Shown piece after piece: positions 37,001-51,139 of a stretch of 64,000 bases of DNA. The stretch is taken from NCBI RefSeq assembly GCF_964204645.1, contig NC_134034.1, forward strand, positions 14,190,010 to 14,254,009. The letters run 5' to 3'. This DNA comes from Tubulanus polymorphus. Lineage: Eukaryota; Animalia; Nemertea. The position numbers were made by a program, and so were the translations under genes. The stretch's first letter is position 1, and each line of letters starts with the position of its first letter. Under the pieces are notes generated by a model. The model was given only the letters and a program-made list of their open reading frames with translations, was not told the origin of the DNA and did not search any database.

Positions 37001-38890
37001 ATACTGCTACGATATCAACCAATCATTGAACCCGATATCGATACCGCTACGATATCGACCAATCATTGAACCCGATATCGACCAATCATTGAACCCGATA
37101 TCGATACCGCTACGATATAGACCAATCATAGAACCCGATATCGACCAATCATTGAACCCGATATCGACCAATCACTGAATCCCCCAATCGATACTGATCA
37201 GTATTTCATGATGATGTATTGTTTATTATTTATAGTTGTCCCGTCTGTCGTTACGTTCAAACTCCTGATGTCGTCGCTGATAATAAATGTCAACAATGCG
37301 AATCACAGGAGAATTTATGGATTTGTTTGATTTGTGGTTGTGTCGGGTGTGGAAGATATCAAGGAGGTCACGCTCGTAGGTGAGGGTTCAATTATTATCT
37401 ATTTTCACTTTATAATTCATGCCGTTTCCCAGCTATTTAAGTCGTAAATTCTGCCCTCAACTTTCCTTTAAAGTGAATTTAAGCGGGTTCTGTAAATATC
37501 CGGTAATTGTATAATATTTCACGCTCTGGTTTTATTTATTTCCACTGTAGACATTATGAAGACACGTTGCACACGTTCGCGATGCAACTCGGTAATAACA
37601 GAGTTTGGGATTATGCAGGAGATAATTACGTGCATCGTCTCGTGCAGAATAAAAGCGATGGTAAACTGGTGGAGGTGAATGATGGAGGCGGAGGAGGTGA
37701 AAATATCGATGACGCTAAACTTGAATCTCTTACATTAGAGGTAAATACCGCAGCCATTCACTGTAAATCTGTCACTGTTTCAGACAATCATCGGTGAAGT
37801 TCGGATGAATAGTTTTTGAAAGTGCCCTGGCCTAATGTCTAGCGTTTGTACAAATGTAGTTCAGTTTCAATTGACACAATGTCTCTAGTGAAGTTCTGAA
37901 CATAAGTGAAGTGTGCACAATAATTGTAAGAATGTTTTGAATGTCTGAGGCTGTAGTTTGATAGGTATATCTCACTACTGTCAGCTGGTGCATATAATTT
38001 GTGGGTTTCTTACAGTACACGTATTTATTAACTAGTCAACTCGAGTCTCAAAGATTATATTTCGAAGAGAAAATGCAACTAGTGGAAGAACAAGCGCAGA
38101 AAAATGTGAGTTTTAGTATTTAGTATAGTAATACATAGTTACGTCAGTGAGTTATTGAGTTTTAGATCAGATTCATATGAAATGAATATTCTCTAAAGTC
38201 TGACTGTGATTGAACGTAGATCGAAGATGAAGTCACAAGATCGCGTAAAACCATGGATGAATGTGAAAGACTCGATCGATGTTTACAAGACGCACAAAAA
38301 GAGAAAATTTCTCACGAGAAAAAAAACGCAACTGTAAGATATTTAAAACCTTCATAAATTTCACCTATTTCTGCCGAATAGATTTCTTACAATCGTGAGT
38401 TTTCTCTGAATTACAGTTAACTTCTAAATTGAATAAATTAACTGCTGAATTAAAAGATGAAAAAGAACTGAATCGTTGTTTAAGAGATAATCAACTTCAG
38501 TGGCAAAACAAATTCGAAGATTTGGAGAAAAGATTCGAGACGACGACTAAAGAGAAAGACCAGGTATTGTGGTTTAAATGTAGTATTCACATTCTATGAT
38601 TCAAATTCATTGCTGGTATTTTTCAGGGGTTTTATTTACGTTTGTGACTTACTACACCACGTTTACTCAGGTCGATATCTGAGTCTGATTTCTTTTCTTT
38701 ACAGGAATTGCAGGAGTTGAAAGATCAATTGAGGGATATAATGTTTTATTTGGAAGCGCAGCAGAAAATAGCGAATTCTTCAAATGAAATGCAGGACGAT
38801 ATACAAGGAGGCCAGATCATCGTAGGAGAGTCGTCTGCTAGTGGATATAATCCACGATCTGGCAGACGAGGCAGAAAGAAGGGTCGATAA
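34067..38890 (+). CDS. BRAP: BRCA1-associated protein (BRAP2/IMP): RING-H2 + ZnF-UBP + coiled-coil E3 ligase
   Basis: [21 protein letters not shown]; [18 protein letters not shown]; [33 protein letters not shown]; [20 protein letters not shown]; [25 protein letters not shown]; [18 protein letters not shown]. Confidence 0.97.
34899..35338. repeat. 47-bp intronic minisatellite (BRAP intron 2)
   Basis: (TATAAACTACTGCAGCAATCAACGGTTCCATTTGTCTGGGTTGCCAC) x ~9. Confidence 0.95.
36884..37192. repeat. Compound 23-bp/18-bp minisatellite in a BRAP intron
   Basis: GATATCGACCAATCATTGAACCC units interspersed with GATATCGATACCGCTAC. Confidence 0.9.
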
Positions 38891-40241
38891 TCAACTGTCT
38901 GCAAAATATTCAACTTTTCATTCCATATTTAAACATTAGATCAATAACTAAATTATTGAGAGATAATTGATGGCAATTTATGGTTAAATGCATTTAAAAT
39001 TCAAACCAAAAATATTCATTAGAAAATTTGAAGGATAACTCAATTTATGAGAGAGATACCCAGAGTTCTTACAGATCAGAGAATCAAAAATTCCCTGATT
39101 TTTCCTTCGACCAAATGATAAGTTATCCTCAGTAGAAGTGGGAGAAGTTCCTTGTAGTAGTACCACTCGTCACCAGTGAGAACTATTCCCTGACTTGCCT
39201 GATTTTCATGAGTCAAAATATCCTGATATTCACAGCAAGGAAAGAACCCTGACCCGGTAATAACCCTGGACCGGTAAGAACCCTGGACCGGTAAGAATCC
39301 TGGACCGGTAAGAATCCTGACCAGTAAGGACCCTGGACCGGTATAAGCATCATGTTAGAGAATTATATTGTCTCTAGGATCAGAGTTCGGTTCATTTGTG
39401 AGTTTGAAATAATGCTTCTAATATTGCTAGTAGAGTAAGTGCTTCGATACAGTCCATCTACGCATAAATGTCTGGGAAACATAATTTCTCTGGTACAAAT
39501 TGATCTATATTTAGTTGATTATACTGTACAGCACCCAATTGAACAGTTCCTTTACCTGTAGTTCAAGAACCAGTGATTTAATGCATCAAATGTATAAATC
39601 TACATGTATAATCATCATACATTCTAAATATGATTCAATCAGTTATTGCTCTGGGACTTAGTTGCTCAAGTCAGTTAGTTTAACTAGTGGATCCTTTGAG
39701 CAACACTTCACACGTTTTCTTCCAGGTCAGATCTGTCGTGAGTCTCTAGTTGATTTCTGTTTTTTACATGTATGATTTGTATTGTGGAGTTGTTTTGTAA
39801 ATAAAGTGATGTAAGTTAAATAAATTTTATTATCATTTAAGTGGCTTTTGATTCTATGTTTAAAGAGGAAGTTAGGATTAGGCTTAGGTAGGGTTAGGAT
39901 CAGTAACCCTAACCCTAACTACTACCGGTACACATGTTCTGTCTTTTGAGTTGAGACCCGTGTGCGCTACCAAAAACACAATACTCGGACCCAGGTTTTG
40001 ACCAGAGATTTTCATTTCAAACTTCCCCCAACAAGCTCTGACAATTTGTTGGGTACCTTAAAAATATACCTGAAGGAATGAAAAAAGTTGTACATGTTTA
40101 GCTTTGTTTATTTATAAAACGTTTACAGAAACAGCAAGGAGCTAATCTTATATAGAAAATACATGAAACTAGTCCGGACTAATTATAATTTAGAGATAGC
40201 CAGAAAAAAACTTAAGTAGATGGTCAGTTATTTCATAATAG

Positions 40242-40275
<34 letters not shown>

Positions 40276-41476
40276 CAGTAGAATAGAGAGAGACTTAGTC
40301 TTAAATATAACACAAAACAACTTGAATAATTACATCCTACAAGAATATAGTAATAACATAGAAAAGGTAGATAAAGACCACACGTGTTACAGACAGTACT
40401 TTAAACTCAAATTAAATTTCAAATCAGGTTTTTGAATTATCATTCAACAAAAGTACAACTTGTTTATCTCAGAATTCTGCCCATCTCATAAAAGAACCTT
40501 TGTCCCCCTGTAACAGTATCCAGTCCCACTGAGATATACAAGTTCTACTGAACATCATCCTACAGTGTTAGGTAATACAGAGACCTAGATCTGATTTCAT
40601 ATATATATATATGTATATAGGCCTACCGATAACACGAGAGGTAAAATCTTCAAGATTGGTTACAACCACTGTAGAAACAATGGTAATAACTGACAAATTT
40701 CAGAAAGTTCTCTGGGATTATAGACTCCTGAATCTATAAAACCATGTCCCGATTATGATTTTGGCAATGAGACACGACGAGATTGAAATTCGTCAAGTTT
40801 TGTATTACGTATTCTTGGACAGAAGTTAAACATTTCTCCTCTAATGAATGCGTATCTAAATGACTCCTACAATCATGAATGGAAGAACAGTTTATAGATT
40901 TATTGTCGTTAATGATTTGATGATGACCAGCATTTCAAATACAAACGCACGTTATATAAAAACCGGGTTATAGATAATTCTCTAATAAATATTCAGTCAT
41001 CAATACAAAATCTAGCACCATGATATTCAATATTTAACAGAATGGGAAGATTAAGTCTTCCCAGGAAAGAGAGAGCTTTGAATCCTTGTTACATTTATAT
41101 CTTTTAATATATAATATTTTCATGGTCTCATATCTTTTAATTTCTCAAGTGACAATGCTCCAGTTAAGTATCCAGTCACAGTACTATAACAGTTCACAAT
41201 ACCGGGTATATCACAAATAATTTTATATATCATAATACGTACAATATTTGATGTCAATAAAAGCTCAGAGCTCAATCACACGCAATTTGTGTACATCATG
41301 TACATGTATATCATACGTTTGTTTCGCAGCAGAATTTGAAAATATTAAATGCAAACATAGCAAGAAAAATAACAGTTTGAGCAAAATCACTTTCCATTTC
41401 AGGACCACATTCCATCAGATATACGTCTTCAATGACTGCAATTAGAAAACAAAATAAAACATTTTAATAAGTGACT

Positions 41477-41910
41477 TGATTCAGAGATAGCCCTGAATCA
41501 CCCGTTGATTCAGAGATAGCCCTGAATCACCCGTTGATTCAGAGACAGCCCTGAATCACCCGTTGATTCAGAGATAGCCCTGAATCACCCGTTGATTCAG
41601 AGATAGCCCTGAATCACCCGTTGATTCAGAGATAGCCCTGAATCACCCGTTGATTCAGAGATAGCCCTGAATCACCCCTCGATTCAGAGATAGCCCTGAA
41701 TCACCCGTCGATTCAGAGATAGCCCTGAATCACCCCTCGATTCAGAGATAGCCCTGAATCACCCCTTGATTCAGAGATAGCCCTGAATCACCCGTTGATT
41801 CAGAGATAGCCCTGAATCACCCCTCGATTCAGAGATAGCCCTGAATCACCCCTTGATTCAGAGATAGCCCTGAATCACCCGTTGATTCAGAGATAGCCCT
41901 GAATCACCCC
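41477..41910. repeat. 29-bp palindromic minisatellite (GATTCAGAGATAGCCCTGAATCACCCGTT)n
   Basis: About 15 units; each carries a GATTCAG/CTGAATC inverted repeat. Confidence 0.95.
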
Positions 41911-41979
41911 TTTTACACATTCAACGTAAGTTTGAAGTCTTGACGATCAGTTTTTACATGTTGGTGTTTTTTTGGTGTC

Positions 41980-42146
41980 TGTAAGTCGTAAGTCTGGTGT
42001 TTGTAAGTCGTAAGTCTGGTGTTTGTAAGTCGTAAGTCTGGTGTTTGTAAGTCGTAAGTCTGGTGTTTGTAAGTCGTAAGTCTGGTGTTTGTAAGTCGTA
42101 AGTCTGGTGTTTATAAGTCATAAGTCGGGTGTTTGTAAGTCGTAAG
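41980..42146. repeat. 22-bp minisatellite (GTAAGTCGTAAGTCTGGTGTTT)n
   Basis: About 7.5 units. Confidence 0.9.
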
Positions 42147-43444
42147 CCTGGACGATCAAATATAGGAAGAACTGTGATAATACAGGGCCGTACCTAGCAT
42201 TGGGGGGGGGGGAGGGGGGAGGGGGGAGAAATACCAGAAAAAGGGCAGTTCTTATTGGATATAACAATAATACTCGCAAAAACTGGCACTTTTACAAAAT
42301 GTCCGAGGGAACAGTTGCCCACTATGTAAGGCCCGGTATGTTTGAGGGGGTCCAGGCTCGAGAGGGTGCACCTCGCTTCAGGCGTGTACCCGCATAAGAT
42401 TCATAGTTTTCAAATATTCAAACAGTTTTCATGCATTTGTAGTAAATGACAAGTGTTTATAAGATAAGCATTTATAGATATGTCATGCACTATTACTGTG
42501 AGATACTCTGATATTCTCATCTATCTGGCTTTACATTAATCACTAATTTGATGACTTGCAGTTTGATTGTGAGTATTACGTTGACTACAGAAAGCTGTTG
42601 TATGTTACATGCTTTATATATATAATATACATTAGTAGCAGCAGCGAATCAGTAAAAATATACCTGTCGGTAAAATCAGTGAAAATATTTCAAGCACACC
42701 AACTCTGTATATCAGAAACAAAATCATTCTTCAAAATTACATAAATACATTAATTCTCCTCACTCTAAATACTGCAATAGGATTTGGATATACCAGGTAT
42801 ATACATTTAGAAATATCCTCCCTCAGCAGGGTTTCACAAACAGTGTGGCAGAGACTGGTTCGAATCCCTGCTGAGGGAAGATGTATTTACTCAAACAAAC
42901 TCAAGTCCAACGTGTCTATATCGGAGTACACAGTTCTTACAGGTTTTCTATTCCCACAGTATAAACTTTCTATACCCCGCATTGCGTAACTAGAACAGGC
43001 ATTCACAGTATAAATAACTGCCAAATATCAATACTATCGAAGTGTTTTCATAAAGTTTGTTATCAAATGTGTAGTAAGATGTTTAGAGGCATACATGTAT
43101 AGCCTAAAATTCAAAATAGTAGGAAAAATCTTATTTTGAGACCATTTTCTCATTTTCCATAGAGAAACAGACCATATTTCCATAGCTTTCGAAGGACCTG
43201 GAAAAAGATTTTCCAAAACTTTCCAAAACCCGTAAGAACTCTGCGATTAGACCTGCTTCATACGAACAACAAGAATTGACAATAAATAGTTTACAATTAA
43301 CACATCAGACACATATACAGAACACATAAATACAGCAATAGTGAATCACAACCAAAGGTTTCATTTTCATGAAAAACTGAGGTCTACATAAAACGTTAAG
43401 TCAGTAACCGGACTTTACATTTGTAAAGGTGTTGACGAGTCATG

Positions 43445-44381
43445 CTAATTAACATAATTAAATACACCCACCGCAGGAAGTGAAAATCTCTTTACCATCT
43501 TACGATCTAGTGAATTTCCTGTTTGGCAACCTGCGTTCTGTGTTAAATGAAAAACATCAGTTTCAACTGAGTTCTGTATAAACATCAAAATAGCGTCCAT
43601 GTTTCAACCATGGATTTCAGAGTCTATGTTTCAACCATGTACAGATAAACACAGTTAAGTCATCATATTTGGTGACATCATTTCATCTTAAATGCCGAGT
43701 TATTTGATAATGACTTAAACTTAGTAAACGGAATTAGAAATATGAATTGTGACTCAAAAAATTGAGACAACTTGAGTCATGTGGTGACTTATGAAATGAT
43801 GACTTAGTTTAACTGTACTTAAGTTCTTTTCCTCTGAACCTAATAAACAATTCTGGTTCTGAAATGAAATCCTGAAGTCACTGCGCCTTTCAGTCTTTAG
43901 CCGAAATCAATTCTTTCTAGGTTCAGTTAATACTCAAAATACTGCATCATGACAGAAATCTTTTCTGTAAACCAAACACAAAATTGTTTACTGATGAAAT
44001 AATAAATTCTAGACTAATATATCGTAGTAGTGCTTAAATATACAAGCGCTTTTCACCAGAAATTAACGTAGTTTTCCTATTCGTGAAGGCTTTAATCAAT
44101 ATGAGAATTATTGTATTAAAAAAGCTTTATGAAAGCGTGATGATAGTGAGTTAGAGTTTTACCTGTACATTACACGCGGGTACATTACTCTTAGACGATG
44201 AATCCACTAATGGTCCCTGAAATCAGTACAATAATAAACAGTAATTATAATATACAACTAAGCCCAGGAAGTCTTGGGCTCCTTCTAAATTCCTGGATCA
44301 ACCCTTGGAGGGGTGAAAATCAGAATATTTATGCAGATCTCATGATGATTAGCTAGATGATTTGATTGATTGGTTGGTTGG

Positions 44382-44419
<38 letters not shown>

Positions 44420-46798
44420 ACCTCAGTTAATACTCCTCGACGTCCTATAAATTCATTAATACTATTTATCCAATCCCACATGTCCGATTCAGAAATCAAT
44501 TCAATGTAGAAAACTCTCTCTTTCGTTACAACTTCCATCAAAAAATTTCTACTCGGGAAAATCCTACAATTTACAACGAAATATAGAAAATATAATCTAA
44601 ATTGAGAAACAAATCGAAATCTGAATTTTTGAATGAAGTGAAGTGAAGTTTTTACCCGACAGATCGTCTTGCTTCTATTATTAAATCTCGCGTTATTACA
44701 CGTATCGGTTTAGAATCCTGAAAACAATTTCATATAACAAACATTAAGGGATGTATTCTGTACACCGGATGATGACTAAAAGTCTTTAGCTGAAACATTT
44801 CTCAAATATATATATATATATATATATATATACTATTGCTTCTCAACTTATTGGTAAGTGATGAACCAACATTTAATCTATTTGATGTAATCCTTTGTAT
44901 TTTGCACTTACAGTGATGTAGAAGTTTTTATAGTTTAGTCGATTATTTACCTCTTGAGATTTGAAATAACTGATTCCCTTTCGATCGAGGATGAAATACC
45001 GATATTTCCAACTTTTCCTCTAAAAAATGTAATTTTGATCGTATTAAAATGATTTCCTTTTTGCTTCAAGATATTAATTATCACAGATACAAAGCTTACA
45101 GTCATTCCCTGTTTAGTTCCATAGCCTTCTTTGATAATTTGTTCATCTGCATATTTTCTAAAACTACCTTGAGATGTGAATCCTCCTTCCTGATCTGATT
45201 CACTACTGCTACTCACTACATCATCTTCCACCTTAGCAAAAAACATTCTTAAATTTTTTAATATTTTTCAAAATCTACATTTTTAAGAATTTTTGAAATG
45301 CTCTCAGAAAACATGACATCGTTCAACTCTCTTCGTCATATTCATGATAATTACCGCTTGAATTTTTGTTGTCAAGGGAACGCCACCTACGATCGTTACC
45401 TCGTACTGAGACGGAGGCTCGCTGGTGTTCGATGTTTTTGGCTCTATTCGTTTTTTTGGCACCTGAGACAAAAAGAATGATTTTTAGAATTCATTTTTAT
45501 GATTAACCCTCCAGGTACAGTTACATAAAAATTTAAAGAAGTTTGAATAAAACTGCTGATCTCAATGAAAACATGATATAACTTAAAGCTAATAAACCTT
45601 AAATTTCAGTTGAAATTCTTTGTGAAACTGACCAAGGACCCAGTTTTATAGACTGGTTTTGACTTGATCCCAAGGGGTATGATCCCACGGGGTATGATCC
45701 CGGGGTGGGGGGGAGGTCATTTGATCCCAACTATTTTTACCGATTAGAAAATGAGGTTTCTATTTCTATCACTTACATTTATTCTGCATTCTACATTAAG
45801 AAGATTTACCCAGGATGTCATCGCATTTTTATCAACAGCTCGTAAATAAGTCGGTTTACCGGCGACCTCTATTACTACAAACAGACATTAATTCTCAATC
45901 TTATTTCTCTCGTTCAAAAAGCTAAAATCCCACAATTGACTAAACAAGTTAAGTTGGACTATGATGTCATCACGTGGAATTTTTAGTCATCAATCATTGG
46001 ATTTCATCATGCTTTCCACAGACTAGGCCTCGAGTCAATGCTTCAATAAGTCAAAATTCATTTCATATTTCTCACTTATTGTTGAGAGATAATTGGAATG
46101 GAAATAAACTTACCGAAACAGTTTTCGCCTTTAGGTTTGTTTGGAGGAGCAGAAGAAATTGATGTTCTGACAACCGACACATATCTTAGATTGATCGTCC
46201 TCAGCGGATTAGCACCAACCGGTAAATCCTGAAATCAATACAAAATCAGTTACAATCTTATAACAGATCCAATAACAACGAATTAACTATTTCTTCAATC
46301 AGTTTTTATTGAACATTCTGCTTTTAATAGCACAGTGAAACATTTGAGGTCTGACCACTGAACATAAAACTTTTCTAATTGATAATTCAATAAATGTGTA
46401 TGCTGTATCCACGCAGAGTGGAGGGCAGTATGGTACATGGAGGCACTGTAGCTGGTCAGTGAAATATGAAAATAATGTCTGATAGTGAAACTGAACTTCA
46501 GTCCGGTCACTAACATCAGGGTTTTTAGGCTGCAAGGCTTAAACAGGGATTCTTTATTCATATTCCCTTTGTATCTGTTCTATATCCTTGCACTTTTATT
46601 AACTTGCGAATTTGAAGGTTTCCCTATAATTGGAATCGGAATGTTTGCAGTGTTACTTACTTTAGGATTATCCTCGAAGATGAATAGTATTTTTTTCTGG
46701 CAATCGAGGATACAATAACGACTTTTAAAATTACAATTCTCTTCCACGTCTAAATAACCGCTTTTACGATCACCGCTTAAACTATCAGGTGGCGCCAT
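43445..46798 (-). CDS. Tandem PH-domain protein, TAPP (PLEKHA1/PLEKHA2)-like
   Basis: PH1: SGYLDVEENCNFKSRYCILD..DNPK/DLPVGANPLRTINLRYV..WVNLLNVECRIN/VPK. Linker YEVTIVGGVP resembles the TAPP IVGGVP motif. PH2: IIKEGYGTKQGMT/RKSWKYRYFIL..EVVTKERVFYI..MWDWINSI. The last exon assignment is less certain. Confidence 0.85.
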
Positions 46799-47321
46799 CT
46801 CTCTAAATCAGCACGATTTCAATCACATTCTCAATATATCATTCTAGAAAATATAACAAATGAAGATGAAATAAAAGGGAATCATTTCTGTTCATCTCAC
46901 AACATCGCACGCACCACAGCCTGGATTGTCATTGAGCACCCGCTGGAGAGATTAAACCCCTCACCTGAGCCTAGGCTATATCATTGGCTGCACTATCTTA
47001 ATAGAAAGAAGAAGGAAGGCCAACAGCAGCAGCAGCAGCATCAACAGGGCCAGGGTGAGGGGGAGGGGTGAGGTCCAGGAATGATCCGAATCGAATGAAG
47101 TGTTAAGAGTTCTCGACCTCTCTCCATCAAGGAGTAAGCGACACCGCATAGAAATAATTCATAATTTATACAATTAGTAAAACAGAAAATACTCACAAGA
47201 ACAGCAGCAGCAGCAGCGGTTTTTATCACGTGAAAAAAAGCGAATAAGGTAGAATTATTATTCAACCAGGAAGTAAATTGAATTGATTTCCTTATTTCAC
47301 GGCTGCGGACAATGATGGATA

Positions 47322-48090
47322 GCTCCGAGAATATCTAAATCAGGGTATTCATATCGCTGCAGCCGCATCTCATAAGTTGGAGTCATCAAACCCGCGACGC
47401 TTGCCAGTGTTTGATTGCCTAGGCCCAGTGTACTGAGTGTAACTGACACTAAAGACTGACTACATCTACAAATAATTCCTAATGTTATCACTTTATTACG
47501 CAAAAAGTTTTGGCCCTACTAGTGATGGCCTGTGCTGTTTAATAAATGCAGTAACCCTTGTGTTGGCCTGTTTAATAAACGCAGAAACCCTAGTGTTGGC
47601 CTGTTTAATAAACGCAGAAACCCTAGTGTTGGCCTGTTAATAAACGCAGAAACCCTAGTGTTGGCCTGACAATAAACGCAGAAACCCTAGTTTTGGCCTG
47701 GTGAATAAACGCAGAAACCCTACTGTTGGCCTGATAATAAACGCCGAAACCCTAGTGTTGGCCTGTTAATAAACGCAGAAACCCTAGTGTTGGCCTGTTA
47801 ATAAACGCAGAAACCCTAGTGTTGGCCTGACAATAAACGCAGAAACCCTAGTTTTGGCCTGGTGAATAAACGCAGAAACCCTACTGTTGGCCTGTTAATA
47901 AACGCAGAAACCCTAGTGTTGGCCTGTTAATAAACGCAGAAACCCTAGTGTTGGCCTGTTAATAAACGCAGAAACCCTAGTGTTGGCCTGATAATAAACG
48001 CAGAAACCCTAGTGTTGGCCTGTTAGTAAACGCAGAAACCCTAGTGTTGGCCTGCAATTTGGATGCCCTGATTTGGATATTCTCGGAGCT
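47322..48090. mobile_element. TIR-bounded element carrying an internal 33/34-bp minisatellite (47560-48055)
   Basis: AGCTCCGAGAATATCTAAATCAGGGTATTC at 47322 is inverted to GGATGCCCTGATTTGGATATTCTCGGAGCT at 48061-48090. Internal array (GTGTTGGCCTGTTAATAAACGCAGAAACCCTA)n, ~15 units. Confidence 0.75.
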
Positions 48091-48263
48091 GCCCGTTTCT
48101 CGCTGCGAACAAGGATTCGATAATAAGATAAAAAGCCACTATCTACAGATTAAAAGAATTTAAAAACAAGAATTTATTTATTCAATCTAAAATATATATA
48201 AGACGTTTCGATCTCATCCTTAGATATCATCGATATAGGAGCATTCCTTCTTCGGATTTCAAA

Positions 48264-50973
48264 ATGGCTGCGCCCATGGAAAACGCTCGAATTTCTCATA
48301 TTTCTGGTAAAGTAAGTATTTTGCGAGTCATTCACCTAATTTCCGGTTGATTCTGATACATCCGATCTGGACTGTGGCTAGAATCGGTTTTATATTAAAT
48401 GACAACTCGTCATTAGTCTGTCACAGTAACCTGTCTGTTGTGTGTGTGCGGACTCATATACACAACAACAACAACAGTTTAACCTAAGCCCAACGCGACC
48501 CCCCAACGATTAGGTAACTAACTAACTGGTTGTGTGATCTCACACCCGGGCTAGGGGAATAAACCCACTTGCCAGGGTTCCCCCTGATTGCAGTGTCACG
48601 CACACAGTTCTAAACTGACAATTGATAGTCTTTTCGTTTTCTATTTTCAGGGACGTTGTCTGATAGCTCAGAGATATCTCACAAATGGAAGCACGATATT
48701 TGAAGAGCAACCACTTATTAGTAGTCAATATTTGTGGAACGCATTTTATAACTATACAGCATGTGATCATTGTATGAAATCATTAGAAACAGCTGAATCA
48801 ATGGCGCGAAGATTAACGGCCAATCACGGCTTAGAATTACCTTATAAACAATGCTGTGAAACGAACCCTAATAATCACGTTTCATGCCCGGCCTGCAGGG
48901 TAAGTAACTATCCTTCGATATAGAATGCTTGTTCATAATTTTGTCCTAAACGTTTTCTAATAAAAACTGTCTATTGTAGGTAGTTTATTGCAGTGAAGAA
49001 TGTCGACTTCAAGCTTTGAAAAGTTATCACGAAAGTTTATGTCTCAAAGATAGAATAAATGATCCAGAACATCCTATTAATAAATTACAGGAAACTTGGA
49101 GGTATGCGGTATTCATCTATAAATCTGAACACGATTAGTGTATTTATCCTAATAATTTCACTCAAATGTATTGCAGATCGATGCATTATCCTCCAGAAAC
49201 GGCCAGTATTATGATTATAGTCAGATTACTAGCTTCAATAAAACAGGTAATTTTGAGTACAGCCAAACTCTCATCACATAAGTCGTTGGTTACATGACTT
49301 AATGGCTTCTCTATTTTTGAATCCAAATTTGTATTTCTAGTAAACAGTAGACTTTGCTCAAGTCTGATCTTTTGGGAGCCAAATTCAGTGATATCCCAGT
49401 TGGATTTTATGTATTTCCTATTATACTGTCACAAAAAATACTTCTAAAAATATCTGAGTTGAATTGATCCGACTTTGACTGAGTCTGCTGTACATAATAA
49501 ATGTAAGTCATCATTTGGATTAAGTCATTGTGATCATCCTTACAACATTTAACTGTATTTAACTACGTTAAGATCATAGAACTTTTCGTTTGTAATCGGA
49601 GCTGTTTAATTTTTCAGTCGGCAAATAAACCTGAATTATTGGAAAAACTGGGAACATTTTGTCATACGGCGGTTAATGACCAAGAGCAAATAGTGCACAA
49701 GTTGTTAGGGGAAAAATTTCAGGTAATTTACGATAAGAAAAATAGAATTTATTTCATTCACTGTGATGAGTTTCATAAACAGATTTTATCGGTTGTTGTT
49801 ATCAGGAACAAATTGAAATTCTACGATTGATGATCAGTGAATTGTTTTACACTGATGACGTTAAAGATGTAAGTATCAAACTCCTAGATTCCTTGAAAAC
49901 TTCCGTAATTAAAATAATTGAAACTAAAAATTATTATCAGAGGACTTCAAGTCTTATCATATTTTGAGAAATAACTCTGGAACCCCTTAAATATTTGGAG
50001 TCTACTCCTTGTTTTTCATAATTCATTGTACATCTGTGTACAACAATGGTTCTTATCGGACACTATCAGCCTGGTACAAATAGACTATAACTGTATTACA
50101 AATGACACATTGTGTCAGCAAGATACCATTTCTCAACAATTGATAAAAAAGGCCTTCAGATTCTGAAATGAGATAATAGTATAAACAATAGTTGAGACTA
50201 ATATTCTAGTTATTTACGCCGAGCGGTTTCCGGTCAGTAATTGCGTTACTAGGCACAAACGGACAAGGAATCGGAACAAGTGCTTTAAGCGTTTGGGAGA
50301 AAAACGTCGATAAACTTCCAGTGACTGACGCTGAAAAACAACAAATAGAATCTTATCTAGATAAACTGTACGAAGATATGGATAAAGGTGAAATGCTGTG
50401 GAATTTCTACTATTTTATTTATTCACTGAATAACGGTCAGTTTTTTTAATAACTGGGTTTTTCTATTGTAACAGAATCAGGATGTTTTTTGGCTTGCGAA
50501 GGAACTGGTTTATTTACGATGCAAGCCGCGTGTAATCACAGTTGTAATCCTAATGCGGAATGTACTTTTCCTTACAATACTAACACCCTGGTTGTCGTAG
50601 CTACTGATGATATTAAAGCCGGACAGGTACGAACAAGGATTTATTGTTTGTTGACCCTTTTTTATAGAAGTAGATTGGACTGTCAATTTCAACCGGGATA
50701 TTTTTCATCTATTGCAGGAGATTTGTACGTGTTATTTAGATGAATGTATGAGACAGAGAAGTCGACACACTAGACAGAAATTCTTAAAGTAAGTTCAACT
50801 CTCCTAGTTTCCTGTTCGTCCTGTTTAAATATAGACAGATGTTGTTTAAAATGTTGTTTTATTTCAGGGAGAATTATTTATTCACGTGTCACTGTGTAAA
50901 ATGTGAGGCAGAGAAAGATGAACCAGATATTACATCAGAGGAAGAGTCAGAAGATGAAGATATGGATTCCTGA
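48264..50973 (+). CDS. SMYD5: SET and MYND domain-containing protein 5 (lysine methyltransferase)
   Basis: [34 protein letters not shown]; [11 protein letters not shown]; [10 protein letters not shown]; [22 protein letters not shown]; [23 protein letters not shown]; acidic tail [17 protein letters not shown]. Confidence 0.96.
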
Positions 50974-51139
50974 TTATATCTGCATTTAAATGGTGTTTGA
51001 GGTGCTGTAATAAATTCCATTCCATAAATACAAACGCCATATCTTTCTTCAGGCCTTAAGAATCTCTATTGTCGTGTTATCATTGGTTGTAAGAACGCGA
51101 TGATCAGCGATGGTGCGCAACTAGTTTCTCTGTTAACAA

